Assembly: GCA_035506535.1 (NCBI GenBank)
Contig: DATJPE010000063.1
Coordinates: 63,966-127,965, forward strand
Length of the DNA: 64,000 nucleotides
Direction of reading: 5' to 3'
Origin: Actinomycetes bacterium
GTDB taxonomy: Bacteria; Actinomycetota; Actinomycetes; DATJPE01
Shown here: positions 27,501 through 35,267 of the stretch, one piece after another
Position numbering within the stretch: position 1 is the stretch's first letter
How the letters are laid out: the number at the start of each line of letters is the position of its first letter
The notes under the pieces: model-generated
What the model saw: the letters and a program-made list of their open reading frames with translations, nothing else
Told to the model about the DNA's origin: nothing
The model's database searches: none
Made by a program: the position numbers and the translations under genes

Positions 27501-28340
27501 CACGCACTCGTCGAGCGCCTCGGCGAGGGCCTGCGGCCCACGTTCGGCGAGGACCGCGTCGGTTCCGGAGAACTGCACGAAGGCCACCGCGATCCGCCGG
27601 TGCTCGGGCTCGCCGGACGCGCTGAGCAGGTGGGCGCGGATGTTCGGAGGGATGAGCGTGGCGAGGTCCAGACCCGCCGTCGACGGCCGCGGGACGACCT
27701 CGCTGTCCTCGACCACGGGGTCGGCCGCGAGGAGGAAGCCCCCGCCCTTGGCGTCCCCCACGCTCGACGCCTCGAGCAGGGCGGCGGTCTCGGGGGACAC
27801 GACGACCTCGCCCGCCTCGGCGATCGCCTCCATCTCGGCCGTACGGCTCGCGGCCGGCCCGCTGACGATGAGCTCGCGGTGCACGGCGGGGTCGCCGACG
27901 AGGAAGAAGTGGAACGCTCCGCTGTGAATGCCCACGGACATGCGGAGCTCGACGCGTCCCGAGCCGGTGCTGAGCTGGCCGATCCGGCGCAGCCGGGCCC
28001 GCATCCGCGAGCTGGCCAGCGCCGCCCGAGCGGCGTGGTCGGGGCCCTCGAACAGCAGGAGCACGGCGTCGCCGCCCCACTTCACCAGGCCGGCGCCCGT
28101 CGGGTAGGCAACCGAGAGCAGGTCGGCGAAGGTGGCGTTGAGAATGTCGCTCATCTCCTCCGCGCCGACCTTGCCCTTGCGGGCGAGTCGCTCGGTCAGC
28201 GCGGTGAAGCCGGAGATGTCGACGAACGCGAGCGAGCCGTCGACCTCGCGCCAGAGGGCATCGGGGGTGTCGCGCAGCCAGGTCAGGGCGAGCCGGGGGA
28301 CGTACGGCTCCAGCAGGGCCACGTCCGCGCGCTCCGCCAT
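24513..28340 (-). CDS. Multidomain STAND-type signalling protein with two class III adenylate/guanylate cyclase domains, an AAA+/NB-ARC-like ATPase and TPR repeats. It has no C-terminal HTH.
   Basis: 1275 aa. The first cyclase domain is FVDISGFTALTERL...WGGDAVLLLF and the second is IAVAFVQFSGTDAV...GDAINLAARV. The P-loop is GEPGIGKSRLVEE. About 500 aa of TPR-like repeats follow. Unlike the mycobacterial Rv0386-type proteins it lacks a LuxR HTH. Confidence 0.8.
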   Translation of the reverse strand: MAERADVALLEPYVPRLALTWLRDTPDALWREVDGSLAFVDISGFTALTERLARKGKVGAEEMSDILNATFADLLSVAYPTGAGLVKWGGDAVLLLFEGPDHAARAALASSRMRARLRRIGQLSTGSGRVELRMSVGIHSGAFHFFLVGDPAVHRELIVSGPAASRTAEMEAIAEAGEVVVSPETAALLEASSVGDAKGGGFLLAADPVVEDSEVVPRPSTAGLDLATLIPPNIRAHLLSASGEPEHRRIAVAFVQFSGTDAVLAERGPQALAEALDECVRNVQDATERHGVTFFESDINRDGGKIMLTAGAPVSLGNDEERMLRAARHVVDLVGQLPIRIGVNCGPVFAGDFGPSFRKTFSVKGDAINLAARVMGKAEPGQVLATAAVVEASAARFDAEAMPPFLVKGKSEPVHAFSLGRLLSERRGREDSPFIGREAELGVLREAAEKAAAGSGQLVDLVGEPGIGKSRLVEEMLRDTPARVLTTRCDEFQTATPYWPFRALLGELLDVSEEADEETLVAALVESATRADPSLLPWLPLVGQVLDVDLPSTPEVDALDERFRRSRTEEVVVRLATAVQPGQAVLVFDDVHLMDEASVDLLEQLCLGLAGRPWLVVVTRRDVGEGFRPSPRYPVVEVRPAPLDAAAASSLVMAALADTALAPHDVAALAARANGNPLFLRGLALAAREGASLDALPSTVEALITSQIDRLPPDERTVLRFASVLGMRFDEATLRALLQGHPLPTSRAALRRMSFFIQAEGHGRFHFDHQLLRDTAYEGLPFRLRRELHGRAGEVIEARTSDPDDVAELLSLHYFHAARHDKAWYYARLAGERAAEKYAYVEAEEHLERAVASVRGLRDVPDEQVASAYLSLGEARNRLGRNEAALVALKGARARLKGYPARAALVLKEEAAIQNRLGRQPVALRSVTRGLRLLDGHGDAQSLAARSRLEGVYAVVRENQGRYRDALQWARLAERDAEASGDTAALADALEALHGVTSMLGGEPDRPYGQQALELYEHLGFRAGQSRALNNLAVLAWIQGRGQEALEMFERAQRLAEESGDTVGAAQTGCNVGDVLVRLGRTREAEDILRRLIPTLQGAGVGDFIAVAHRALGLALVLEGQHDEGQAELEGARAMFIEFGEPSEVAETDAAIALGLLGEGRAQEARDLADDAAVRATALDAGYLLPWLLRLQGAAEVDLGDVDIAEETLHRALETADAQGRVECGFILAELARVARMRGDEESARRWDAESEQALDRLGFAGSRRYPRRPGPLEI

Positions 28341-28379
28341 CGCCTCCCCACATCCTCTGGCCGGCCCCGTGCCCGGAGT

Positions 28380-30038
28380 CTATGAGCCTGACGGGGGCTC
28401 CTGCCTGAGCGCCGAGGCGAGGTCTCGGGCCCGGTGGGCGTCAGCGACCTCGCTGGCGAGCGCGTGGCCGTCCGCACTGCCGGTCACAGCCGCCAAGAAG
28501 TCGGCACCGCTCAGCACGAGCAGCCGGGCCGGGGACCGCGCCGTCACGGTGGCCGTGCGGGGCACCGACCGCAGCAGGGCCACCTCCCCGAAGGCGTGGC
28601 CCGGTGCCAGCGTCTGTGGCCGGGCGACCCCGTCGACCGTGACCGTGAACAGGCCGTCCGCGATGACGTAGAAGTCCTGCGCGTCCTCGCCCTGCACCAC
28701 GACGTCGGTGCCGGCCGTGACCTCCGTCCACCGCGCGTTCCGGGCCAGGCGCTCCAGCTCGAACTCGGGGAGCACGGCGAGGAAGCCGACGGTCCGCAGG
28801 AGGCGGATCTCGTAGGGAAGGTAGACAGCGCGGTCGTCCAGGCGCCGGATGAACCATGCGCTCCCCAGGGCGAGGGCCACGGCGCCCGCTCCCAGCGGCA
28901 CGAAGGTCTGGGCGGGATCGAGCCAGCCGAGCAGCAGCGACACGGAGGCGGCGCCGACCGCCAGCCCGACCAGCGACATCCCCTCCTGCACGGCGAAGAC
29001 CCGCGCCAGCACGGCGTCGTCGATCGCGCGTTGCAGCAACGTCCGACCGCAGACCATGAGCATCGCCTCCGCGGCCCCGACGAGGGCGATCACGACCATG
29101 GCAGCACCGAGGCCGGACACGACCGACACGACGGCGAACCCGGCACCTTCGGCCACGCCCAGGAGGACGATCGCCGGTCCGAGCCGGCGCCGCCGAGCGA
29201 TGAGCGCCGCAGCGGCTGCACCCACCAGGCCGCCGATGCCGATGGCCCCCACGACCAGGCCCGCGCCGGACTGGCCGTGGTGCAGGGTGTCGACCGAGAA
29301 CGCGACGCCGAGCACGTCCAGCGCCCCGGCGAGGAAGAACGTCGTGGTCAGCAGGACGAGCAGGGTCAGGGCGGGCCAGTCCCCGCGCAGCGAACGCAGC
29401 CCCTGGAAGGCAGCCCGCCACCCGTCGGCCTCCTCGTCGGCCGCGGCCCGACCGAGGTGCAGCCCGCTGGAGAGCAGGGTGGCGACGGCCGCCGCGATAG
29501 CCGCGCCGGCGAACACCAGCCACGGGCCGGCGTACGCGGCACCGAAGCCGGCGAGCACGGGGCCGAGGAAGGCGGCGACGCCGTCGAGCACCGAGGACAG
29601 CGAGTTCGCGGAGACGAGGTGGTCGCTGGTCCGCGACAGCTGGGGCAGGGCGGCGAAGTGGATCGGCCGCACGACGGCCACGGCGACCGTGGCCGTCGTC
29701 GACGCGGCCACGACCAGGGGCAGGGGCGCGGAGGCCAGGATGGCGATCAGGGTGAGGGTGACGGTCGCGGTCACCCCGGCGTAGGCGAGCGCGAGCGCGC
29801 GCCCTCTCGGCAGCCGGTCGCCGATCGCGGCGAGGGCCGGGGCGAGCATCGAGGCAGGGACCAGCTGGATGACGGTGACGACGCCCGCCGTGCGGGCCCC
29901 GTCGGCCGCGAAGACGTACAGGATGACCGCGAGCCAGATCGAGAACTCGACCAGCCCATAGAGGCCATAGGCCACCAGCACCCTGCGCAGCCCCGTCCGC
30001 GCCTGCAACGCCCGCAGGGTCACGGGAAGAGCACGCAT
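28380..30038 (-). CDS. MFS transporter fused to a C-terminal cyclic nucleotide-binding (CAP-effector) domain
   Basis: About 552 aa from ATG near 30038 (MRALPVTLRALQARTGLRRVLVAYGLYGL...). It has 12 predicted TM helices. The C-terminal cNMP-binding signature is FGEVALLRSVPRTATVTARSPARLLVL. Confidence 0.7.
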   Translation of the reverse strand: MRALPVTLRALQARTGLRRVLVAYGLYGLVEFSIWLAVILYVFAADGARTAGVVTVIQLVPASMLAPALAAIGDRLPRGRALALAYAGVTATVTLTLIAILASAPLPLVVAASTTATVAVAVVRPIHFAALPQLSRTSDHLVSANSLSSVLDGVAAFLGPVLAGFGAAYAGPWLVFAGAAIAAAVATLLSSGLHLGRAAADEEADGWRAAFQGLRSLRGDWPALTLLVLLTTTFFLAGALDVLGVAFSVDTLHHGQSGAGLVVGAIGIGGLVGAAAAALIARRRRLGPAIVLLGVAEGAGFAVVSVVSGLGAAMVVIALVGAAEAMLMVCGRTLLQRAIDDAVLARVFAVQEGMSLVGLAVGAASVSLLLGWLDPAQTFVPLGAGAVALALGSAWFIRRLDDRAVYLPYEIRLLRTVGFLAVLPEFELERLARNARWTEVTAGTDVVVQGEDAQDFYVIADGLFTVTVDGVARPQTLAPGHAFGEVALLRSVPRTATVTARSPARLLVLSGADFLAAVTGSADGHALASEVADAHRARDLASALRQEPPSGS

Positions 30039-30180
30039 CCGGCCGTCCCCGTCTGCTCGCCTCTTGTTTGCTGCGAGGATAGGAGGTCTGGCCACAGGAG
30101 CGCAGCGGGAACGCCGCGTCGGCGCACCAAAGGGCTGATACGTTCGAAGCACGCGTGGTGCGCCGGCGAAGGAGGGTGCG

Positions 30181-30597
30181 GTGACGCCGTACGAGATGCT
30201 CGCGCAGGTGGACCTGTTCAAGACCCTGCCGAGCGACGTCATCTACGAGATGGTCGAACGCAGCTCGACGCACCGGACCGCGCCGGGAGCGGTGCTGGTC
30301 GAGCAGGGCAGCCCCGACTCGGGCCTGCGTCTGATCATCGAGGGGACCGCGACCGTCTCGGTCAACGGGGTGGAGCGAGGCGAGATGAAGACCGGCGACT
30401 ACTTCGGCGAGATCTCCCTCATCGACTCACAGCCGCGTTCGGCGACGGTCATCGCCGGCCCGGAGGGCGTACGGACGCTCGCCATGTCGCCGCTGACCTT
30501 CTCGCAGCTGCTCGACGCTCACCCGCAGATCGCCCGCAAGCTGTTGCCGGTGCTCACGGCGCGGATCCGTCGCATCGAGGCGGCCCAGCACGACTAG
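30181..30597 (+). CDS. Stand-alone cyclic nucleotide-binding domain protein
   Basis: 138 aa. The signature is GDYFGEISLIDSQPRSATVIA (the FGE...RSA phosphate-binding cassette). There is no output domain. Confidence 0.7.
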   Translation: MTPYEMLAQVDLFKTLPSDVIYEMVERSSTHRTAPGAVLVEQGSPDSGLRLIIEGTATVSVNGVERGEMKTGDYFGEISLIDSQPRSATVIAGPEGVRTLAMSPLTFSQLLDAHPQIARKLLPVLTARIRRIEAAQHD

Positions 30598-30608
30598 GTG
30601 GTGGTGAC

Positions 30609-31439
30609 GTGCGGCTGACGCTGCTGGGGGTGCGTGGCTCCACGCCCGCGCCCGGGCGAGACTTCGTGCGCTACGGCGGGCACACCTCGTGCATCGCGGT
30701 GACGCGTGACGACGAGGACCTGCCGGATCTGGTGCTCGACGCCGGCACCGGCTTCCGCGGACTTCCCGGGCTGCTCGGCGGAGCCGCGTACGACGGCTCG
30801 ATCCTGCTCAGCCACCTGCACTGGGACCACGTCCAGGGGATCCCGTTCTGCCCCTCCGGGGACCGCGACGACTCCCGGGTCGATGTGTTCCTGCCCGCGC
30901 AGGAGGGCCTGAGCGGGCGCGACCTGTTGGCCCAGCTGATGGCACCCCCGGCGTTCCCGATCACCCCGGAGGGCCTGCGCGGTGACTGGTCCTTCCACGC
31001 GGTGCAGCCGGGAATGTTCGAGACCGACGGATACGTCGTCACCGCCTGCGAGGTGACGCACAAGGGCGGTCGCACGTACGCCTACCGCGTCGAGGCGGAC
31101 GGTGCCTCCCTCGCCTACGCCCCGGACCACGCCCCCGCGCTCGGCCTCGACGATGCCACCCTGCGCACCATGGAGGGCGTCGACCTGCTCGTTCAGGACG
31201 CGCAGTTCATCGACCGCGAACGGCTGATCGCCGACGACTACGGGCACGCGACCGTCCGGGACGCCGTCGAGCTCGCCCAGCGCGTCCATGCGCGTGCCGT
31301 CCTGCTCTTCCACCACGGGCCGGGGCGCAAGGATGACGACCTCGACCGCATCGCCGACGACATCGCCGCGGACGTCACGGTCCTCACCGCCTACGAGGGC
31401 ATGGTCCTCGACGTGACGAGCCGGACCATGAGCCGGTGA
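30609..31439 (+). CDS. MBL-fold metallo-hydrolase (candidate class II-like cNMP phosphodiesterase or nuclease)
   Basis: GTG 30609 follows AGGTGGTGA. The SHLHWDHVQG motif matches HxHxDH. It is the last 277 codons of the artefactual 1001-aa ORF 28434..31439. Its stop overlaps the next gene's start. Confidence 0.7.
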   Translation: MRLTLLGVRGSTPAPGRDFVRYGGHTSCIAVTRDDEDLPDLVLDAGTGFRGLPGLLGGAAYDGSILLSHLHWDHVQGIPFCPSGDRDDSRVDVFLPAQEGLSGRDLLAQLMAPPAFPITPEGLRGDWSFHAVQPGMFETDGYVVTACEVTHKGGRTYAYRVEADGASLAYAPDHAPALGLDDATLRTMEGVDLLVQDAQFIDRERLIADDYGHATVRDAVELAQRVHARAVLLFHHGPGRKDDDLDRIADDIAADVTVLTAYEGMVLDVTSRTMSR

Positions 31440-31918
31440 GCGAGCTCCTCGCGCTGTGCGCCGACCTGCCCGTCGAGGCTGTTCCGCCCGGACAGACCCT
31501 CATCGTCGAGGGTGACGCCCCGGGCCCGATGTACGTGCTGCGCACCGGCAGCGTCAGCGTCGAACGCGACGGCGTACCGGTGGCCCGCATCCACGCCTCC
31601 GGTGCGGTCCTCGGCGAGATGTCCGTCGTCCTGGAGCGACCCGCCACCGCGACGGTACGCGCGGAGCAGGAGGTGACGGTCCACGTCGTCGAGGACCCTC
31701 ACGACTTCCTCAGCGCCAACCCTGGCGCCGCGCTGGCGGTGCTGCGCACGACGGCGGCGCGGCTCGACGGGATGACGCAGTACCTCGTGGACGTCAAGCA
31801 GCAGTACGCCGGTCTGGGCGGCCACCTGGCGATGGTCGACCAGATCCTGGACGCCCTGGTCCACCACCAGCCGTCGACCGCGCGGACCGGGTCCGTCCGT
31901 GACCCCGAGGTGGGCTGA
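31436..31918 (+). CDS. Stand-alone cyclic nucleotide-binding domain protein (second copy)
   Basis: 160 aa. The signature GEMSVVLERPATATVRAEQEVTV is a cNMP-binding cassette. There is an ATGA overlap with the MBL hydrolase gene. Confidence 0.7.
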   Translation: MSELLALCADLPVEAVPPGQTLIVEGDAPGPMYVLRTGSVSVERDGVPVARIHASGAVLGEMSVVLERPATATVRAEQEVTVHVVEDPHDFLSANPGAALAVLRTTAARLDGMTQYLVDVKQQYAGLGGHLAMVDQILDALVHHQPSTARTGSVRDPEVG

Positions 31919-31967
31919 GGGTCCGCCGGCGAGGCCGGCCGACGCGGAGCCCTGCGATCCGGAAGCC

Positions 31968-32687
31968 TCAGGCCAGGTCCACCGTCTGCCGGTCGAAGAC
32001 GCCGTACCACTCCGCGGTGCCCCGCTCGGTGTCGAGGGTGATGTGCGGGGGCACCGGGCCGACCTGGCGCCCGGCGTTGAACACCCACGTCGAGCCGATC
32101 CGGGCATGCCACGAGCCGCCCTCGACCCACGGCGCCTGGTGGATGTGCCCGCACAGCACCGCGAACGGCTGGTAACGCTCGATCCAGGACGTGAGGTCGT
32201 GGTCGGGGAACTCGCGCCGGCCGTCGCTGCACAGCACCGTGCCGGCGGGCGGGGCGTGGTAGAGCCACACCCACGTGTCCGGCCGGTCCACCGCGGCCGC
32301 TTGCAGCAGGGCGTCGACCTCGGCCCTGGCCGTCGGCCCGTCCCACCAGGGGCAGACCGTGAAGCGCACGCCGTCGATGTCGACCGAGGCGCCGTCCGCG
32401 TGCAGGCCGGGCGCGCTGAGCAGGCGCAGCCAGCCGGCGACCTGCTCGCCGTCGCGACCCGGCCCGTCGAGGTCGTGGTTGCCGGACGCGGCGAGGACGG
32501 TGGCTCGCTCGGCCAGCTGTCCGAGATAGCGCTCGAGGACGACGACCTGGACCTCGTGCGGCACCGGGCTCACCACGTCGGCGAGGTCGCCGGGCAACGC
32601 GACCACGTCGACGTCCGCGGCGGCCTGGACGAGCCAGTCGTAGTGCGGCAGCCGGTAGTGCAGGTCCGAGGCCACGAGGACGCGCAC
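31968..32687 (-). CDS. Calcineurin-like metallophosphoesterase, CpdA/Rv0805-like class III cyclic nucleotide phosphodiesterase candidate
   Basis: 239 aa from GTG 32687. The motifs D-x-H (ASDLHY), GD (LPGDL), GNHD (ASGNHDLD) and GH..GHIH (CGHIHQ) match the class III PDE signature set. Confidence 0.6.
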   Translation of the reverse strand: MRVLVASDLHYRLPHYDWLVQAAADVDVVALPGDLADVVSPVPHEVQVVVLERYLGQLAERATVLAASGNHDLDGPGRDGEQVAGWLRLLSAPGLHADGASVDIDGVRFTVCPWWDGPTARAEVDALLQAAAVDRPDTWVWLYHAPPAGTVLCSDGRREFPDHDLTSWIERYQPFAVLCGHIHQAPWVEGGSWHARIGSTWVFNAGRQVGPVPPHITLDTERGTAEWYGVFDRQTVDLA

Positions 32688-32738
32688 CCGCGGATCGTCG
32701 CAGCCTCGTGTTACGCCGGTGGGAACGCGCGATCTCGG

Positions 32739-33482
32739 ATGTGGTTCCTGGATCGGCCTACCCTGGGCACCGTGACGACGTACGGGCTCGTCCACGGCGC
32801 CTACCACGGGGCATGGTGCTGGTCCGACGTCGTGACCGAGCTCGAGCGACGGGGGCACCGCGCGCTGACCGTGGACCTGCCCTCGGAGGACCCCACGGCC
32901 GCGGGCCGGGAGTACGCCGCTGCCGCGCTCGAGGCGTTCTCCTCGGCCGGCGAGGACCTCGTCCTCGTCGGCCACTCCCTGGGTGGGCTCACCATCCCCC
33001 TGGTGGCCGCCGCGCGGCCGGTCGCCCACCTGGTGTTCGTCGCCGCGATGCTGCCGCGGGTGGGGCGCAGCCTGGACGAGGTGCTGGCCGAGGAGGCCGA
33101 CATGGTCCTGCCCGGACCGCCGCACGGCGCGTACGTCGACGCGGCCGGGCTCGTCCGCTTCCACCCGGAGGTGGCGGCCGCCTGGTTCTTCGCGGACTGC
33201 TCGCCCGCGGTGGCCGCGCGTGCCGCCGCCCGGCTGCGGGGCCAGTGGTGGGGCATCAGCAACGAGGTCACCCCGCTCCAGGCCTGGCCTGACGTGCCGA
33301 TGACCTACGTCCTCGGGGTGGCCGACCCGGTCATCAACCCCGCCTGGTCGCGACGGGTCGTCCCGGCGGTGCTCGGCGGGCGACCGGTCGAGCTCCCCGG
33401 CGGGCACTCGCCGTTCCTGGCCCGGCCGGGCGAGCTGGTCGACGCCCTCCTCCTGGCGTGCGAGGGCTCCTCCGACGGCTGA
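32739..33482 (+). CDS. Alpha/beta hydrolase fold protein
   Basis: It has the nucleophile elbow GHSLGG. It is the tail of ORF 31899..33482, which is otherwise antisense to the phosphoesterase. Confidence 0.65.
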   Translation: MWFLDRPTLGTVTTYGLVHGAYHGAWCWSDVVTELERRGHRALTVDLPSEDPTAAGREYAAAALEAFSSAGEDLVLVGHSLGGLTIPLVAAARPVAHLVFVAAMLPRVGRSLDEVLAEEADMVLPGPPHGAYVDAAGLVRFHPEVAAAWFFADCSPAVAARAAARLRGQWWGISNEVTPLQAWPDVPMTYVLGVADPVINPAWSRRVVPAVLGGRPVELPGGHSPFLARPGELVDALLLACEGSSDG

Positions 33483-33492
33483 CACTGGAGGG

Positions 33493-34404
33493 GTGCCCGC
33501 CCTCCTCGACGTCGCCCGCGTCCTCCCGGTGAACCCGGTGGCGCGAACGTTCCGCCGGATCGTCTCCGGCGACCCGCAGGGGCGACCCGAGTGGATCCGG
33601 GCGCTCGAGGACGGAACGGACGCCGGCCTCTTCGGCCCCGGGTCCGCGCCGTGGGCGGTGCACGGCAGCACGACGACGCTCATCGGAGGCGTACGTGCGC
33701 TGCTCCTCCAGGCCCTGCACCCGGCAGCGCTGGCCGGGGTCCGGGACCACTCGCGCTATCGCGACGATGCCCTGGGCCGCCTGGCCGGCACGTCGCGGTG
33801 GCTGGTGACGCTCACCTTCGGCGACTCCCGGGCGGTGGAACGCGAGTCGGCACGCGTGCGCGGGATGCACACCAGGGTCCGGGGGCTGATGCTGGACCCT
33901 CAGGGCGACCTGCGACCGTACGCCGCGAGCGACCCGCACCTGCTGCGCTGGGTGCACCTGGCCTTCACCGACTCCTTCCTGGTGGCCCACGAGGTGTGGG
34001 GCGCCGCGATCCCCGGAGGCCCCGACGCCTACGTCGGTGAGTGGGGGCGGGCGGCTGAGCTGCTCGGCCTCGACGACCCGCCGCGATCGGTCGTCGAGCT
34101 GCGCGATCAGCTGCACGGCTACGACGACGAGCTCGACGGCGGGACTGACGCCCGGGAGGTCGCGCGCTTCATCCTCAACCCTCCCCTGCCGCTGGCGGCC
34201 CGGCCTGCCTACGCCGTCCTCGCGAGCGCCGCGGTGTCCACACTGGAGCCGCGGCACCGCGAGCTGCTCGAGCTGACCGCGCTCCCGCTGACGCTCACCC
34301 GCCCGATGGCCGGCGCCCTGCTCAGGGGGCTGGGCGTGGCGCTGGGATCGACCTCGCCCAGCGAGCGCGCCGCGCGGCAGCGGCTGGACCGGGTCCTCGC
34401 CTGA
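33493..34404 (+). CDS. DUF2236 / MpaB-family oxygenase-like protein
   Basis: 303 aa. The conserved HP...R.H motifs and length are typical of the ER-bound oxygenase mpaB/DUF2236 family. The assignment rests on pattern recognition only. Confidence 0.5.
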   Translation: MPALLDVARVLPVNPVARTFRRIVSGDPQGRPEWIRALEDGTDAGLFGPGSAPWAVHGSTTTLIGGVRALLLQALHPAALAGVRDHSRYRDDALGRLAGTSRWLVTLTFGDSRAVERESARVRGMHTRVRGLMLDPQGDLRPYAASDPHLLRWVHLAFTDSFLVAHEVWGAAIPGGPDAYVGEWGRAAELLGLDDPPRSVVELRDQLHGYDDELDGGTDAREVARFILNPPLPLAARPAYAVLASAAVSTLEPRHRELLELTALPLTLTRPMAGALLRGLGVALGSTSPSERAARQRLDRVLA

Positions 34405-34418
34405 GCGAGGATGGTGCG

Positions 34419-35267
34419 ATGCGGCTCGACACCGCCTCGCGCGTCGATGCCCTCGCCGAGCTCGTGGCGGGCGGCGACGTCGTGGTGCTCAGCGGCGCGG
34501 GCCTGTCGACCGAGTCCGGCATCCCGGACTATCGCGGGCCGAGCGGGGCGAGCCGGCGCCGACCGCCGATGACCTATCGCGCCTTCGTGGACGACCCGGT
34601 GGCCCGCCGCCGCTACTGGGCGCGCAGCCATCTCGGCTGGCGGCACCTCTCGAGCGTCGGACCGAACGCCGGCCACCGCGCCGTGGCCGCCCTCGAGCAC
34701 AGCGGCGTGCTCGTGGGCACGATCACCCAGAACGTCGACGGCCTCCACCAGCGGGCCGGGTCGCACGGGGTGCTCGACCTGCACGGCCGCCTCGACCGCG
34801 TGGTCTGCCTGGACTGTCGCGCCGTGGTGTCCCGCGAGGAGGTGGCGGCCCGGATGAGCGCAGCCAACGCCTCGTGGGACGCCGAGGCGACGGCGCTGAA
34901 CCCCGACGGCGACGCCGACGTACCCGATGGGCAGCTCGACGGCTTCGTCGTCGTGGCCTGCGAGCGCTGCGGCGGGACGTTGAAGCCGGACGTCGTCTAC
35001 TTCGGCGAGAACGTCCCGGTGGCGCGGGTCGCGGCGGCCAACGACTGGGTCGACTGGGCCCGCGCGGTGCTCGTGCTGGGATCCTCGCTGACGGTGTTCT
35101 CCGGCCGTCGGTTCGTGATTCGGGCCGCCCGCGCGGGCAAGGCCGTCGCGATCGTCAACGACGGGCCCACCCGCTGCGACGACCTGGCGGGGATCCGGCT
35201 GCACGGCCGGCTCGGCGTCACCCTGACGCGGTTGGCCGACGCGATCGGGTCAGGCGCCGGGCTCTGA
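34419..35267 (+). CDS. NAD-dependent protein deacylase, Sir2 family (sirtuin)
   Basis: Motifs GAGLSTESGIPDYRG, TQNVDGLH and the Zn ribbon CxxC...CxxC (CLDC...CERC). Confidence 0.85.
   Translation: MRLDTASRVDALAELVAGGDVVVLSGAGLSTESGIPDYRGPSGASRRRPPMTYRAFVDDPVARRRYWARSHLGWRHLSSVGPNAGHRAVAALEHSGVLVGTITQNVDGLHQRAGSHGVLDLHGRLDRVVCLDCRAVVSREEVAARMSAANASWDAEATALNPDGDADVPDGQLDGFVVVACERCGGTLKPDVVYFGENVPVARVAAANDWVDWARAVLVLGSSLTVFSGRRFVIRAARAGKAVAIVNDGPTRCDDLAGIRLHGRLGVTLTRLADAIGSGAGL

Noticed and set aside
28441-30273. 610-aa minus-strand ORF offset by one frame from the MFS-CNB gene
   Set aside because: It is Arg/Gly/Pro-rich. The 28380..30242 frame carries the TM helices and cNMP-binding signature.
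28434-31439. 1001-aa plus-strand ORF
   Set aside because: Its first 725 codons run antisense through the MFS-CNB gene and the cNMP-binding gene region with Arg/Gly-rich composition. Only the final 277 codons, from GTG 30609, form the MBL hydrolase.
24513-32687. Calling the cNMP island a Pycsar or CBASS anti-phage system
   Set aside because: No phage, integrase or other defence genes flank it. The cyclase is a 1275-aa STAND fusion rather than a compact PycC. The effector candidates are a full 12-TM MFS transporter and housekeeping-type PDEs. It is kept only as a low-probability alternative inside the signalling-island finding.
31968-33683. 571-aa minus-strand ORF
   Set aside because: Only the 3' 240 codons (31968..32687) show metallophosphoesterase motifs. 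The rest is antisense to the alpha/beta hydrolase and DUF2236 genes.
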